A stretch of 61,643 nucleotides of DNA, filler included, from Bdellovibrionota bacterium (GTDB taxonomy: Bacteria; Bdellovibrionota; Bdellovibrionia; Bdellovibrionales; JAEYZS01), in NCBI GenBank assembly GCA_963169515.1. It is 3 parts of 3 records of this genome, joined end to end, with 100 filler letters (N's around TTAATTAATTAA, not from the genome) between each part and the next. Parts side by side here need not be neighbours in the genome. Positions count along the whole stretch, not along the records: positions 1 to 29,221 come from CAUJEF010000087.1; positions 29,322 to 49,659 come from CAUJEF010000089.1; 1 more part is not named here. The stretch is one strand, 5' to 3'. Shown here in pieces: positions 20,012 through 29,358 of the stretch. How positions within the stretch are numbered: position 1 is the first letter of the stretch; the number at the start of each line of letters is the position of its first letter. A program made the position numbers and the translations under genes. Below the pieces are notes generated by a model. The model was not told where the DNA came from, searched no databases, and saw only the letters and a program-made list of their open reading frames with translations.

Positions 20012-21868
20012 TCAAAAACTAGACGGAAAGGTAATTCTTGCCCGAGTCTTTTGATCAGATGTTTTTGACAAATCAATACTTCCGCCATGGTCCTGAATAA
20101 TTTGAAATGCAACGGCCAAACCAAGGCCGCGATGCTTCTCGGGGTCCTTTGTTGTGAAAAATGGAGTGAATGCTTTAAGTTGCGCGTCTGCATGAAGGCC
20201 CAGACCATTATCGATGATATCAATGTGTGAAAAATTTGTCTGAGATGACACCCGAACTTCGATCTTTGGCACAAATTTTTCAGACTTCATTTTCTGTGTT
20301 AAGGAATCGATTGCGTTTTGCAATAGATTTACTAAAGACTGGGACAAGGGGTTGCTTAGCCCTTCAATAAAAACATTGGTTGGCTGGAAATCCTTTTCGA
20401 TTTTAATGCCCAACGAGCTTGCTTTCAAATTGATGATCTTGATCGCGCTTTCAGCGACTTGATTTAGGCTTAATTTTTCTTTTGCGGCAGCTCTGTTTTT
20501 CCGAGTAAAGCTGAGTAAGTTTTCAATAATTTCTTTACATCGAAGCGCCGCCCTCTCCATTTCGATAATATCACGCTTATAATCTTCATCGCCATGCAGA
20601 TCTGCTTTAATCAGCTGTACGAATGTGATCAGACCGGCGAGGGGATTATTCAGTTCGTGTGCGATGCTGCCGCCGATGGTTCCGAGCTCTGCCATTTTCG
20701 AAGACTCTAAGATTTGTCGCTCGATCCTGTTTTGTTCGGACATGTCCCTATAAATATTTACAAAAATATCTTCGCTTTGTCTCTGGCTTGAGACCTCAAA
20801 ATTAGATTCTTGTCCCGATGCTGTTTTCTGGGCGCCCAGACCAAAAGACTTCCCAAGCTGACAGCCCAGGCATGGCTCTGTTCGCCCAAACAGCGCCGAA
20901 TAACAAAAAAGCTTTCCTTTTTTGTCTGTCTTAGCTCGTTTTTCAAATGCCGAATTGAAATCACGCAGCTCGTATTTCGATGTGATTAAGCTTACAGGCT
21001 CAAGAATTGCATCAAAAGTGGATTTCCATTGTTGCTTTAGAAATTCACTTTTTTCAAGTTGAGTCAGGCGATCCAACGCCAGTGCGACAGCTTGCGATAC
21101 TTGAGTAAAGAACTCAGTATCATCTGTTGAAAAGGGAAGGCTCTTAGATCTTGCGAATGTAACTTTTCCTAGTGCGCGATTGTCCAATTTTAAATCTGTT
21201 GAGAACAAAGAAAATTCTTGAGCGTGTAGATTTTGAATTTGGCTGAGTTGGCTTTGATTTTGATAAGTTATACGAAGCCACGACAGATTGAATGTGATGG
21301 ACAGCGCCTTGTGCAAATTTGATTCAATTTCAGGAATGGAATTGGATTTTTGAATCGCAAACAAAGCGGACAATAAAGCTTTAAAGAACTGATTTGCCTG
21401 AAGGAGCTTTTCTCGGGAGGATTCTAGGAATTTTTGTCGTTTTAAAACGCGTTCCTCAAGATCCAGGCTTAAGGTTTTTAATTGTTCATTTTGATCTTGA
21501 AACAGGCTTAAAAGCTGTTGGTTTTGCAATTTGAGGTCGTATTCCGCAATGGCTTCTTGAAGAGTCCTTTCCAGAAAAGCCTCGTTATTTGAGGAAAGGA
21601 ACTTGAAAATACCAACCTCGTTCATTATTTTTTTTAATTCCTCGGGATGTTGCTTGGAGCTTGTTTGCAAAACAAATTGAGTGTTTGGGTTCTGATTTGA
21701 ACATTGGTGGAAAAAATGAATGGTTTTATCAATACTAAAATGCTTTAGGCTAACTACAATGACAGAATATGTGGCTCGGGGATTTAGGTCCGTTTCAACG
21801 TCAGCGCCGTACACATTATCGGAAGGGTATGTTGGATCAACTATTAGGACGCTGGATTTTAATTTCAT
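20012..21868 (-). CDS. Cytoplasmic sensor histidine kinase (receiver-like, GAF and PAS-like N-terminus)
   Basis: H-box IAHELNNPL, N-box NLLQNAIDS, DNGLG, PFFTTK, GLGL; no obvious TM segments. Confidence 0.9.
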   Translation of the reverse strand: MKLKSSVLIVDPTYPSDNVYGADVETDLNPRATYSVIVVSLKHFSIDKTIHFFHQCSNQNPNTQFVLQTSSKQHPEELKKIMNEVGIFKFLSSNNEAFLERTLQEAIAEYDLKLQNQQLLSLFQDQNEQLKTLSLDLEERVLKRQKFLESSREKLLQANQFFKALLSALFAIQKSNSIPEIESNLHKALSITFNLSWLRITYQNQSQLSQIQNLHAQEFSLFSTDLKLDNRALGKVTFARSKSLPFSTDDTEFFTQVSQAVALALDRLTQLEKSEFLKQQWKSTFDAILEPVSLITSKYELRDFNSAFEKRAKTDKKGKLFCYSALFGRTEPCLGCQLGKSFGLGAQKTASGQESNFEVSSQRQSEDIFVNIYRDMSEQNRIERQILESSKMAELGTIGGSIAHELNNPLAGLITFVQLIKADLHGDEDYKRDIIEMERAALRCKEIIENLLSFTRKNRAAAKEKLSLNQVAESAIKIINLKASSLGIKIEKDFQPTNVFIEGLSNPLSQSLVNLLQNAIDSLTQKMKSEKFVPKIEVRVSSQTNFSHIDIIDNGLGLHADAQLKAFTPFFTTKDPEKHRGLGLAVAFQIIQDHGGSIDLSKTSDQKTRARITFPSSF

Positions 21869-22557
21869 GGCCTTATCTCAAAAAGTTTGAAAAAGCCTTT
21901 TTGAAATCGCTCCCAGGTTTCTTCCTTCGTGGCGCCCTCACGCTCTTCGATACAGATCACGGGAATTTTGTGGACCAACCATCCGAATTGGCCCAGGCTT
22001 CCGGGTGTTGGATAGCCGATATCGTCCTGCAATGGGTACCCAGAGCTTTTGCTAAGGAATGTTGCGTGGGAAAGGGCCTCGCTTCCTGTGTAAATGATAC
22101 CTGGCTTCCAGGAATGGCAATGCACGATTAAACGTGGTTTTTCGGTTTCAATAAGTTTTGTCAGAGCTTGTGTTTCCGGCTCGCTGTTTGGCTGCGGCCC
22201 TGGATTATAGCGTTCCGCTTTTGCAGTTGGAGTCCAGTCGGGCGTTGGAAAATTACGATTGAGATCGACCCCTTTAGAATTGGTGCGATTTCGTGAAGTA
22301 TAGCCATCGGGGTTAAGGCAGGGAATCAATATCCACGGACGCTTAAAGTGCTCGTTGTTTTGCGCAAGATCTTCAAATTTTTCAAGAAGCGCTTCGACAA
22401 GCCATATGCCCTCAGGCTCGTCACCGTGAACGCCTCCAATTATGAGTGTGGGGTTTTTGCCACTCCCTAATTTATAGTCTGCAGAGTGATAGAGGGGAAT
22501 ATCAATCTTGCCTGCGGACTTAGCCCATTTTTTAATGAGAATTATGTTTTCTTCCAT
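21865..22557 (-). CDS. mpaA: M14 zinc carboxypeptidase, murein-peptide amidase A-like
   Basis: GGVHGDE, NPDG, NSKGVDLNRNFP, SEPET, HS, IGYPTPGSLG motifs. Confidence 0.82.
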   Translation of the reverse strand: MEENIILIKKWAKSAGKIDIPLYHSADYKLGSGKNPTLIIGGVHGDEPEGIWLVEALLEKFEDLAQNNEHFKRPWILIPCLNPDGYTSRNRTNSKGVDLNRNFPTPDWTPTAKAERYNPGPQPNSEPETQALTKLIETEKPRLIVHCHSWKPGIIYTGSEALSHATFLSKSSGYPLQDDIGYPTPGSLGQFGWLVHKIPVICIEEREGATKEETWERFQKGFFKLFEIRP

Positions 22558-22589
22558 GAGTGCCCATATTATAAAAAACTATAGCGAAG

Positions 22590-23957
22590 GTGGAAATGGA
22601 AAAACGTCGACTGACTGCCGTAATTTTAGCCGCTGGACATGGAAAACGGATGAAATCCCCGTTACCAAAGGTTCTCCATCCCGTTGCCGGTATTCCAATG
22701 ATCGCAAGAATTATCAATGTTATCAAAAAATGCGGTGCTCAAGAAATTCGGGTCGTCGTAGGGGTGGGGAAAGACCTTATTCAGCCCCTGGTTACCCAGC
22801 TTGGGACTATTTCGTTTGAACAGAAAGAGCAATTGGGCACAGGTCACGCTTTAATGGCTGCAGACTACGAGACGCTGGAAGGTGATGTGCTCGTTTTGAG
22901 CGGTGACCATCCTCTGGTCCGGGTTTCCGAACTTCTAAACGCAATCGAAGAATACAAAAATGAAGGGGCAGAGCTTGCAGTTTTAAGCTGCAATATGAAA
23001 AATCCGGGTGAATTTGGTCGTATTGTTCGCCAAAAAGGCCAGTTAAAAGCGATTGTCGAAGCAAAGGATGCATCAAAAGAGACCTTAGCAATAAAAGAAG
23101 TAAACACTGGGATTTATATTATTTCTGCAAAATTAATTAATAAATTTCTTCCTGAGTTGCGTGCGAGCAACAAACAAAACGAAATTTATTTGACTGACAT
23201 TGTTTCAATGGCTGTTGAAGCTGGCGCGCGAACAATTGTGGTTCCCGTGAGTCTCGACACGGCATTCGGGGTTAATGATCAAACTCAATTGTCGAAGGCA
23301 ACACGCAGAATTGTTCAGCGCAAGGTCAAAGAATTGCTTGAAAGCGGCGTCATGTTTATTAACCCAGAAATGGTGTACATCGAAGACTCGGTAACAGTTG
23401 GGGCGGGTTCTGTGATTTACCCGGGGGTTTTTTTAAAAGGAAAAACAAAAATTGGTTCCTATTGTGTTTTAGAGCCAAATTGCTTCATAATGGATTCCGA
23501 AGTTGAAGACAGTGTCCAAATTAAGTTGGGCTCATACATTGACGGGTCTAAAATTAAAACGCGTGCGGCGATAGGTCCCTATGCCCATATACGGCCCGAG
23601 TGCGACATTGGGGAGAATGCTAAAGTTGGCAATTTTGTAGAGCTTAAAAAAGTTCAATTTGGAGATAACGCAAAAGCTTCGCATTTGACATATCTGGGTG
23701 ATGCGACCATTGGTGATGAAACCAATATCGGTTGCGGGACAATTACATGCAATTATGCCGTTGATAAAAAGAAGTATAAAACCGAAATTGGAAAAAATGT
23801 ATTTGTCGGGAGTGACACACAGTTTGTTGCACCTGTGAAAATTGGGGACAATGCGGTTATTGGTTCCGGCTCCACAATCACTAAAGACGTTCCAGCCAAT
23901 GCTTTGGCTGTTGCCCGCGGACGACAAATAATAAAAGAAGATTACAACAAAGGATAA
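22590..23957 (+). CDS. glmU: Bifunctional UDP-GlcNAc pyrophosphorylase / glucosamine-1-phosphate acetyltransferase
   Basis: LAAGHGKRMKS..PKVLH, QLGTGHA, hexapeptide repeats, GNFVELKK. Confidence 0.97.
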   Translation: MEMEKRRLTAVILAAGHGKRMKSPLPKVLHPVAGIPMIARIINVIKKCGAQEIRVVVGVGKDLIQPLVTQLGTISFEQKEQLGTGHALMAADYETLEGDVLVLSGDHPLVRVSELLNAIEEYKNEGAELAVLSCNMKNPGEFGRIVRQKGQLKAIVEAKDASKETLAIKEVNTGIYIISAKLINKFLPELRASNKQNEIYLTDIVSMAVEAGARTIVVPVSLDTAFGVNDQTQLSKATRRIVQRKVKELLESGVMFINPEMVYIEDSVTVGAGSVIYPGVFLKGKTKIGSYCVLEPNCFIMDSEVEDSVQIKLGSYIDGSKIKTRAAIGPYAHIRPECDIGENAKVGNFVELKKVQFGDNAKASHLTYLGDATIGDETNIGCGTITCNYAVDKKKYKTEIGKNVFVGSDTQFVAPVKIGDNAVIGSGSTITKDVPANALAVARGRQIIKEDYNKG

Positions 23958-23962
23958 TTTGA

Positions 23963-25813
23963 ATGTGCGGAATCGTTGGATACCATGGCCATAGAAAGCC
24001 AAAAGATATCATTTTAGATGGTCTAAAAACTTTGGAGTACCGTGGGTATGATAGCGCGGGTGTTGCTATTTTCGATCATGGGCAAGTCAAGCGGATTCGC
24101 GCCGAAGGAAAGTTAAGTAAACTTGAATCACAACTACAAAGCTTGGATTTTGATGGACGCACGGGCATTGGTCACACGCGGTGGGCGACGCATGGAACTC
24201 CGTCAGAGCGGAACGCCCATCCCCACACGGTTGATGGAATTAGCATTGTTCATAACGGAATTATAGAAAACTATCTAGAGATTCGAGATTATTTGCTTGC
24301 GATGGGTAGAAAGATATCTTCCGATACAGATTCGGAGTTGGTTGCTCATCTGATCGCCATGGAAGTTCCAAAAACAAAAGATTTGCTCGGGGCTATACTG
24401 AACATAATTCCCAAATTGGAAGGTGCATATTCAATCGTTGTGATTTGGGATCAAAAGGCTGATGAAATTGTTTCGTTCAAAAGTGGCCCGCCTCTGATTT
24501 TGGGTATCGGAGAGAAGGAACATATTATTGCAAGCGACATTCAAGCGATTGTTCCATATACGAAAAATATTATTTATCTCGAAGACCACGAGATCGCTCA
24601 AATCAAAGGCCAGCACTACACAATCTATAATTCAAAGGGCGAAGTACTTAAAAAACCAATCGTTGAAATGCATTGGACTGTTGATCGGGCGCGAAAGCAG
24701 GGTTATCCGCATTTCATGTTGAAAGAAATTTATGAACAACCTCGAACTGTCGCAGCAGTCGTAAAGCCGTTTATCAGCTTAGATACAGAAACATTGGATT
24801 TTTCCAACCTACAAAAAAATTCGACGATCCCTGATCTGGAATCTGAACTGCAAAAGCTAGAGCGTTTGGTCATTATCGGCTGTGGCACGAGCTACTATGC
24901 TGGGCTAACGGCAGAATATTTTATTGAAAAAATAGCTCAAATTCCTGTCGAGGTCGAATTGGCAAGTGAATTTCGATACCGTAACCCGTTTTTGCCCAAG
25001 AACACGATGGTGCTTTTTATCTCCCAAAGTGGGGAGACAGCAGATACGGTCGCCGCACTCAGGAAGGTAAAAGATATGGGCTTTTACACGATGAGCTTGT
25101 GTAATGTTCCCCATTCAACCATAGACCGTGAAGCCCATGTTCGTATGTATATGAATTGCGATGCTGAAGTTGGGGTGGCAAGCACAAAAGCATTTACAGC
25201 AAGCATTGCATTTTTAAATATTTTTTCACTCTATTTGGGTAAGCTAAAAAACAAGGTAAATGTTGCGGCAGAAAAATCTCACGTTAGGGATGTGATGGAT
25301 TTGCCGGCGCAAATGGAAAAGGCCTTATCTTATGCGGATTTTTTTAAGGATCATGCCGAATCATTAAAGACATTCAAAGGATTTTTGTTTATTGGTCGCG
25401 GGGTAAGTTATCCGATTGCGCTTGAGGGGGCCTTGAAATTAAAAGAAATTACCTATCTGCACTCGGAAGGATATGCGGCAGGAGAAATGAAGCACGGACC
25501 GATTGCGCTCGTGGACAATAAGATGTGTGTGATTGCAATCGCGCCAAAAGATGAGTTATTTGAAAAAACCATATCCAATGTTGAAGAGCTCAATGCTCGT
25601 GGTGCAAATATTGTTTCGCTGGGCACGGGTCAAAATGAAAAACTCAAACGGTTAAGCCAACAGGGTTATCTTGCGCTGCCGGACGCGCACTGGAGCTTGA
25701 CGCCAATACTTTCTGTTATCCCATTGCAGTTAATGGCATATCATTTGTCTAACTCTCTTGGCTATGACGTTGATCAGCCTCGAAACCTGGCCAAATCGGT
25801 AACGGTGGAATAG
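23963..25813 (+). CDS. glmS: Glutamine--fructose-6-phosphate aminotransferase
   Basis: MCGIVG, GHTRWATHG, SQSGETAD, C-terminal PRNLAKSVTVE. Confidence 0.98.
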   Translation: MCGIVGYHGHRKPKDIILDGLKTLEYRGYDSAGVAIFDHGQVKRIRAEGKLSKLESQLQSLDFDGRTGIGHTRWATHGTPSERNAHPHTVDGISIVHNGIIENYLEIRDYLLAMGRKISSDTDSELVAHLIAMEVPKTKDLLGAILNIIPKLEGAYSIVVIWDQKADEIVSFKSGPPLILGIGEKEHIIASDIQAIVPYTKNIIYLEDHEIAQIKGQHYTIYNSKGEVLKKPIVEMHWTVDRARKQGYPHFMLKEIYEQPRTVAAVVKPFISLDTETLDFSNLQKNSTIPDLESELQKLERLVIIGCGTSYYAGLTAEYFIEKIAQIPVEVELASEFRYRNPFLPKNTMVLFISQSGETADTVAALRKVKDMGFYTMSLCNVPHSTIDREAHVRMYMNCDAEVGVASTKAFTASIAFLNIFSLYLGKLKNKVNVAAEKSHVRDVMDLPAQMEKALSYADFFKDHAESLKTFKGFLFIGRGVSYPIALEGALKLKEITYLHSEGYAAGEMKHGPIALVDNKMCVIAIAPKDELFEKTISNVEELNARGANIVSLGTGQNEKLKRLSQQGYLALPDAHWSLTPILSVIPLQLMAYHLSNSLGYDVDQPRNLAKSVTVE

Positions 25814-26030
25814 GGCCAAATGTCTTAAATGTAGTCAATTTTATGACATTAAAATGACACAATTATTTTACATTTAGTTTAATAAATTTATTTTAAAAAT
25901 TAATATAAGATATTGAAACTATGTGCAAATTGTGTGACAATTAAATGTATTAATACAGTTATTTTACACTTTTTATGAATTTCATGTATATTGGCACAGC
26001 TTGCTCCGACAAGTAAACTAAGAGGTACTT

Positions 26031-26462
26031 ATGGTCAATACAGTAAATTTAAAGGAACTCACGGGCTCTCAATTGGGAAGAATGCAAAATCATCTTGGCT
26101 TACTCATTGAAGATAAAAAAGGCCAAAGGGCGCTTGATCCTAAAAAATTTCTTGAGCTCACAAAATTGAATGCAACACAAGCTTCTAAAGATTCAGGAGC
26201 TACCCGACAAGCATTTTATAGTAAAGCAATCCCCTTGAAACCGTCCGATAAACTTACCTCAAGGATCATTGCTTTAGTGACAGCCACCGATATTGCCTAT
26301 GAGCTTTTTGAGAGAAGTATAGAAGAAACTGCTAATTGGATGATGTCCCCCAATGCCTTACTTTTTGGAGCCTCTCCATTTGAGGTATGTATGCGTGGTG
26401 ATGGACAGCCATTAATTGCATGGTTATTAGATAGGGCTGGGCAAAAAGCTGTCGGGCAATAG
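26031..26462 (+). CDS. Putative Xre/MbcA/ParS-type antitoxin
   Basis: HTH-like centre (ATQASKDSGATRQAFY) and C-terminal WMMSPNALLFGASP, matching the W..PN..L.G..P toxin-binding motif; upstream of a RES gene. Confidence 0.75.
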   Translation: MVNTVNLKELTGSQLGRMQNHLGLLIEDKKGQRALDPKKFLELTKLNATQASKDSGATRQAFYSKAIPLKPSDKLTSRIIALVTATDIAYELFERSIEETANWMMSPNALLFGASPFEVCMRGDGQPLIAWLLDRAGQKAVGQ

Positions 26463-26473
26463 GAAATTCGAGT

Positions 26474-27238
26474 GTGAGGAAAAAACCACCTAAGCGATAT
26501 CACAAAAACAGAATTGAAGAAGCAAAGCGACAACATCGGATACAAGTACAGACTGATTTGAGAGCAAAAAGTTCGAAGACAGGTCTTGTTCTAACTTTTG
26601 GAAATATAGAGGGTTGGGAGCAAGCGATGAGCGCCTTTGAAATACGTAAGGATGCTCAGCGTGCACAGCTGTATTCGTCTCTATCCTTTTACAAATGGTT
26701 AAAAACACAAAATATAAGAAAAGAAAACTGCAGCTTATTCTTTGAAAAAGGATATAGATATGCAAATCCAGTGTATGGGCCTCGAACTATTGTCGGAAGT
26801 ATATCTGATGGTGGCAGATTCAATGTTGGAGGTGCGCAGTTAGACCCCAACTTCTCAGATCTAGCAAAGCAAGGAGCTTTGTATTTAGCATCTTCAGAAA
26901 AATGTGCAAAAGAAGAGGCAAGTAAACCTATTGGAAAACACAAATTGTATGAGCTAAAGGCAAACAAAAAGCTTAAACTTTGGGATCTCAAAAAGGTCAT
27001 TGAAGAATTAGATTATCCAAATCTTTTCGAGTTAGTTAGATCTGATCATGGTGAAAAAATTTGGGCATATCAAAAGATACCGACTGTTTCACAAATTCTT
27101 GCTACTCATTTAAGATCTATTGATGGTGATGGTTTGGTGTTCGAGTCAACAAAAGTTGATGGAGCCACAAATATTACTTTATTCTTTAATGACGATGATC
27201 ATGTAAAGCGAATTTTAGCGGAAAATTTACTTAGTTAG
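26474..27238 (+). CDS. RES-domain toxin with N-terminal extension
   Basis: YR, GGRFN, ALYLASS...AKEE, GDGLVFES, NITLF: R-E-S family signature. Confidence 0.8.
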   Translation: MRKKPPKRYHKNRIEEAKRQHRIQVQTDLRAKSSKTGLVLTFGNIEGWEQAMSAFEIRKDAQRAQLYSSLSFYKWLKTQNIRKENCSLFFEKGYRYANPVYGPRTIVGSISDGGRFNVGGAQLDPNFSDLAKQGALYLASSEKCAKEEASKPIGKHKLYELKANKKLKLWDLKKVIEELDYPNLFELVRSDHGEKIWAYQKIPTVSQILATHLRSIDGDGLVFESTKVDGATNITLFFNDDDHVKRILAENLLS

Positions 27239-27386
27239 ATCAAATATTTAATATGACCTTACTCTGCTCATTTAGGGCCTTCGCAAAACAACGCGTAGTG
27301 ACTCACGCTGACGCTGGCACTAAGATGGGTCGCAGGTCGGAACCTGACTCTAAAGTCTCCTTTTGAGATTGGAGTTTAATATCGCA

Positions 27387-27411
27387 CCCCTCATGCACGA
27401 GGGGCTTTTTT
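27387..27411 (+). terminator. Rho-independent terminator-like hairpin
   Basis: CCCCTC-atgcac-GAGGGG followed by CTTTTTT. Confidence 0.55.
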
Positions 27412-27579
27412 GTAAGTTGCGCCTGCGGACGGGAATCCCGATCTCGTTTACCAGCGAGCTAGAATCGTGTCGCGGAACCTCATCCGAAGTTGTTTTTAAC
27501 GAGAATTCGGGGAATTTTTTGATTTTGTCGGCCGCAAAACGGCCGCATAATTGGAAATGTCGAGTAAGCACCAGCACTA

Positions 27580-27930
27580 CTACGAACCAGTTTCCTGTCC
27601 ATCTTGGCCACCTTTAGTTCTCCAAGGGGCCGCCTTCTTTTTGCAGACGCCTTTAGGGTATTGTTCAATACTAAATTCCTTCTCGAATTTTGTTTTTTCT
27701 CCGCAAGATACCTTTTCCATTTTTGACGGAAAGCTATAAAGGCTGGCCTGCCATTGATACACGACAATATGTTCACTGTTATGACAATCCCATACATAAA
27801 CCTCATATCCGGCTTCGCTTCCAGTCCAGCAAGTTTTGTCTGGATTTGCATCGATGGAGAATTTCTTCCACGGCTTAGAAGCACAGTTGGTTAGAATAAA
27901 AGCGAAAACGACCAGTAACAAATATTTCAT
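27580..27930 (-). CDS. Small Cys-containing lipoprotein (possible second immunity protein)
   Basis: MKYLLLVVFAFILTNC lipobox; last gene in the Rhs-oriented run. Confidence 0.65.
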   Translation of the reverse strand: MKYLLLVVFAFILTNCASKPWKKFSIDANPDKTCWTGSEAGYEVYVWDCHNSEHIVVYQWQASLYSFPSKMEKVSCGEKTKFEKEFSIEQYPKGVCKKKAAPWRTKGGQDGQETGS

Positions 27931-27938
27931 GGATCAGC

Positions 27939-28409
27939 TTACCTGGTGAACTGATACTCTTCATTCAGAACTTTGAATGGAACATATTTGGGATTCTCTT
28001 TTTCAAAGATTGTCTTATTTTTGTTGAGAACAGCATCTACACCAACAGAAATTTTGTTCATTTCTTCGAAGTCTTTAGATTCTAACACTTTTTTAGTAAT
28101 CCCATTTTCCTGAATTTTGAAATCATTGCTAAATGCTCTATAAACAATGATTTTTTGATTATCAGAGTTCACGCATATGCCCATCCACTTATTGCTATCA
28201 ATGGATGAGCGACGAGCGAGACAGTTAGGGGACGCACCAAGAGTTTCTTTGGGAATAAAGTCGCCATCGAAATCTGCTAACTTAACCGTACCGCTTTTAA
28301 TCGAATAGCTAATTACTACAATATCTCCCAATTCTGTGCAGCCGCCCAAAAAGACCGCACCAATCAGCAATAAAATAAACTTACAGTATCTTTTACTGAG
28401 GTAAACCAT
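27939..28409 (-). CDS. Lipoprotein, candidate Rhs immunity protein
   Basis: Start re-called at ATG 28409 overlapping the Rhs stop; lipobox LGGC. Confidence 0.6.
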   Translation of the reverse strand: MVYLSKRYCKFILLLIGAVFLGGCTELGDIVVISYSIKSGTVKLADFDGDFIPKETLGASPNCLARRSSIDSNKWMGICVNSDNQKIIVYRAFSNDFKIQENGITKKVLESKDFEEMNKISVGVDAVLNKNKTIFEKENPKYVPFKVLNEEYQFTR

Positions 28410-29220
28410 ACCACTTCCCGCTAAAGCCCCTTCCCCATGCACTGGCGGAACCTTCACCAATCCAAGAAAGCGGGTTCCACTTACTTTCCAATGGCCCTGT
28501 GCCGGGCAAAGTTAAGGCAAAATACCCTGCTGTTCCCCAGAAATTACCATTTTCAGGGTCATTGAAAAAACCACCTATCGCAAAGTTTATCGCATGACCG
28601 ACTTCATGCCAATAAAATGCAGAGCCGAATATACTTCCTGGCACACTTTGGAAGAAGCCGAGACTAAAGCCATATTTACTACCTAAATCCGCTGTGGTGT
28701 ACACTCCACCCCAGCCAATATCGAAGGTACTTTTGGCTCCATTTAAAGACGCAAAGGATATGCCTATTAGAGACAAACCAAAATTAACTGCAAAATTTCC
28801 TTGGAATGCCTTCCAGAAATCTCCATCTTTACCCCAATTAGTAATTATCCCTGCCTGAATAGCGGTAACGCCAGCAGAGTATACTGCTGCCCATGCAAGC
28901 GCGGCAAGAAACCCAAACTCACCGTTAGGATCAATCACATTGGTGGGATTATTACCAGCATATACATATTTATTAGTTACTGGCAGCGGGATTCCTAGTT
29001 TCCCTGGATTCGGATCCTGCTGCAAAAATCTTCCTATTGAGGCATCGTAATACCTTGCCCTATAATAATATAATCCCGACTCCCAATCCATTTCCCGGCC
29101 CGTGAATGTAAATGACGTTTTCACTACAGGATTATTTGTAATATCCGCATCACTTGCATTTCTAATGGCTAGAATTATTCCATAAGCAGAATACACAAAT
29201 TTCTGAACAATAGATCCTTG
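28393..29220 (-). CDS. Rhs protein C-terminal part (truncated by contig end)
   Basis: Frame open to contig end (QGSIVQKFVYSAYG); core FTGREMDWESGLYYYRARYYD...GRFLQQDP...YAGNNPTNVIDPNG; tip contains HEVGH. Confidence 0.92.
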   Translation of the reverse strand, partial: QGSIVQKFVYSAYGIILAIRNASDADITNNPVVKTSFTFTGREMDWESGLYYYRARYYDASIGRFLQQDPNPGKLGIPLPVTNKYVYAGNNPTNVIDPNGEFGFLAALAWAAVYSAGVTAIQAGIITNWGKDGDFWKAFQGNFAVNFGLSLIGISFASLNGAKSTFDIGWGGVYTTADLGSKYGFSLGFFQSVPGSIFGSAFYWHEVGHAINFAIGGFFNDPENGNFWGTAGYFALTLPGTGPLESKWNPLSWIGEGSASAWGRGFSGKWYGLPQ

Positions 29221-29221
29221 G

Positions 29222-29321
29222 NNNNNNNNNNNNNNNNNNNNNNNNNNNNNNNNNNNNNNNNNNNNTTAATTAATTAANNNNNNNNNNNNNNNNNNNNNNN
29301 NNNNNNNNNNNNNNNNNNNNN
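29222..29321. other. Artificial contig linker
   Basis: N-run, TTAATTAATTAA, N-run; 100 nt with stops in all six frames. Confidence 0.98.
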
Positions 29322-29358
29322 GCGATAACAATGGTGTAAGATCTAAGATGTGTCATGT

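Noticed and set aside
25992..26005. TGGCAC...TTGCT as a sigma54 promoter for the Xre-RES pair
   Set aside because: GG-to-GC spacing is 8 nt rather than the required 10.
25814..26030. Tn7-like transposon end after glmS
   Set aside because: Only a loose TGACAATTAAA resemblance in very AT-rich DNA; no clear repeated TnsB sites, target duplication or tns genes.
27350..27884. ORFs 27350..27577, 27363..27617 and 27480..27884
   Set aside because: No recognisable motifs or RBS; they overlap a structured non-coding segment or the better-supported lipoprotein 27580..27930.
29222..29321. TTAATTAATTAA palindrome in N-runs (also 49660-49759)
   Set aside because: Artificial contig linker; no biological meaning and no synteny across it.
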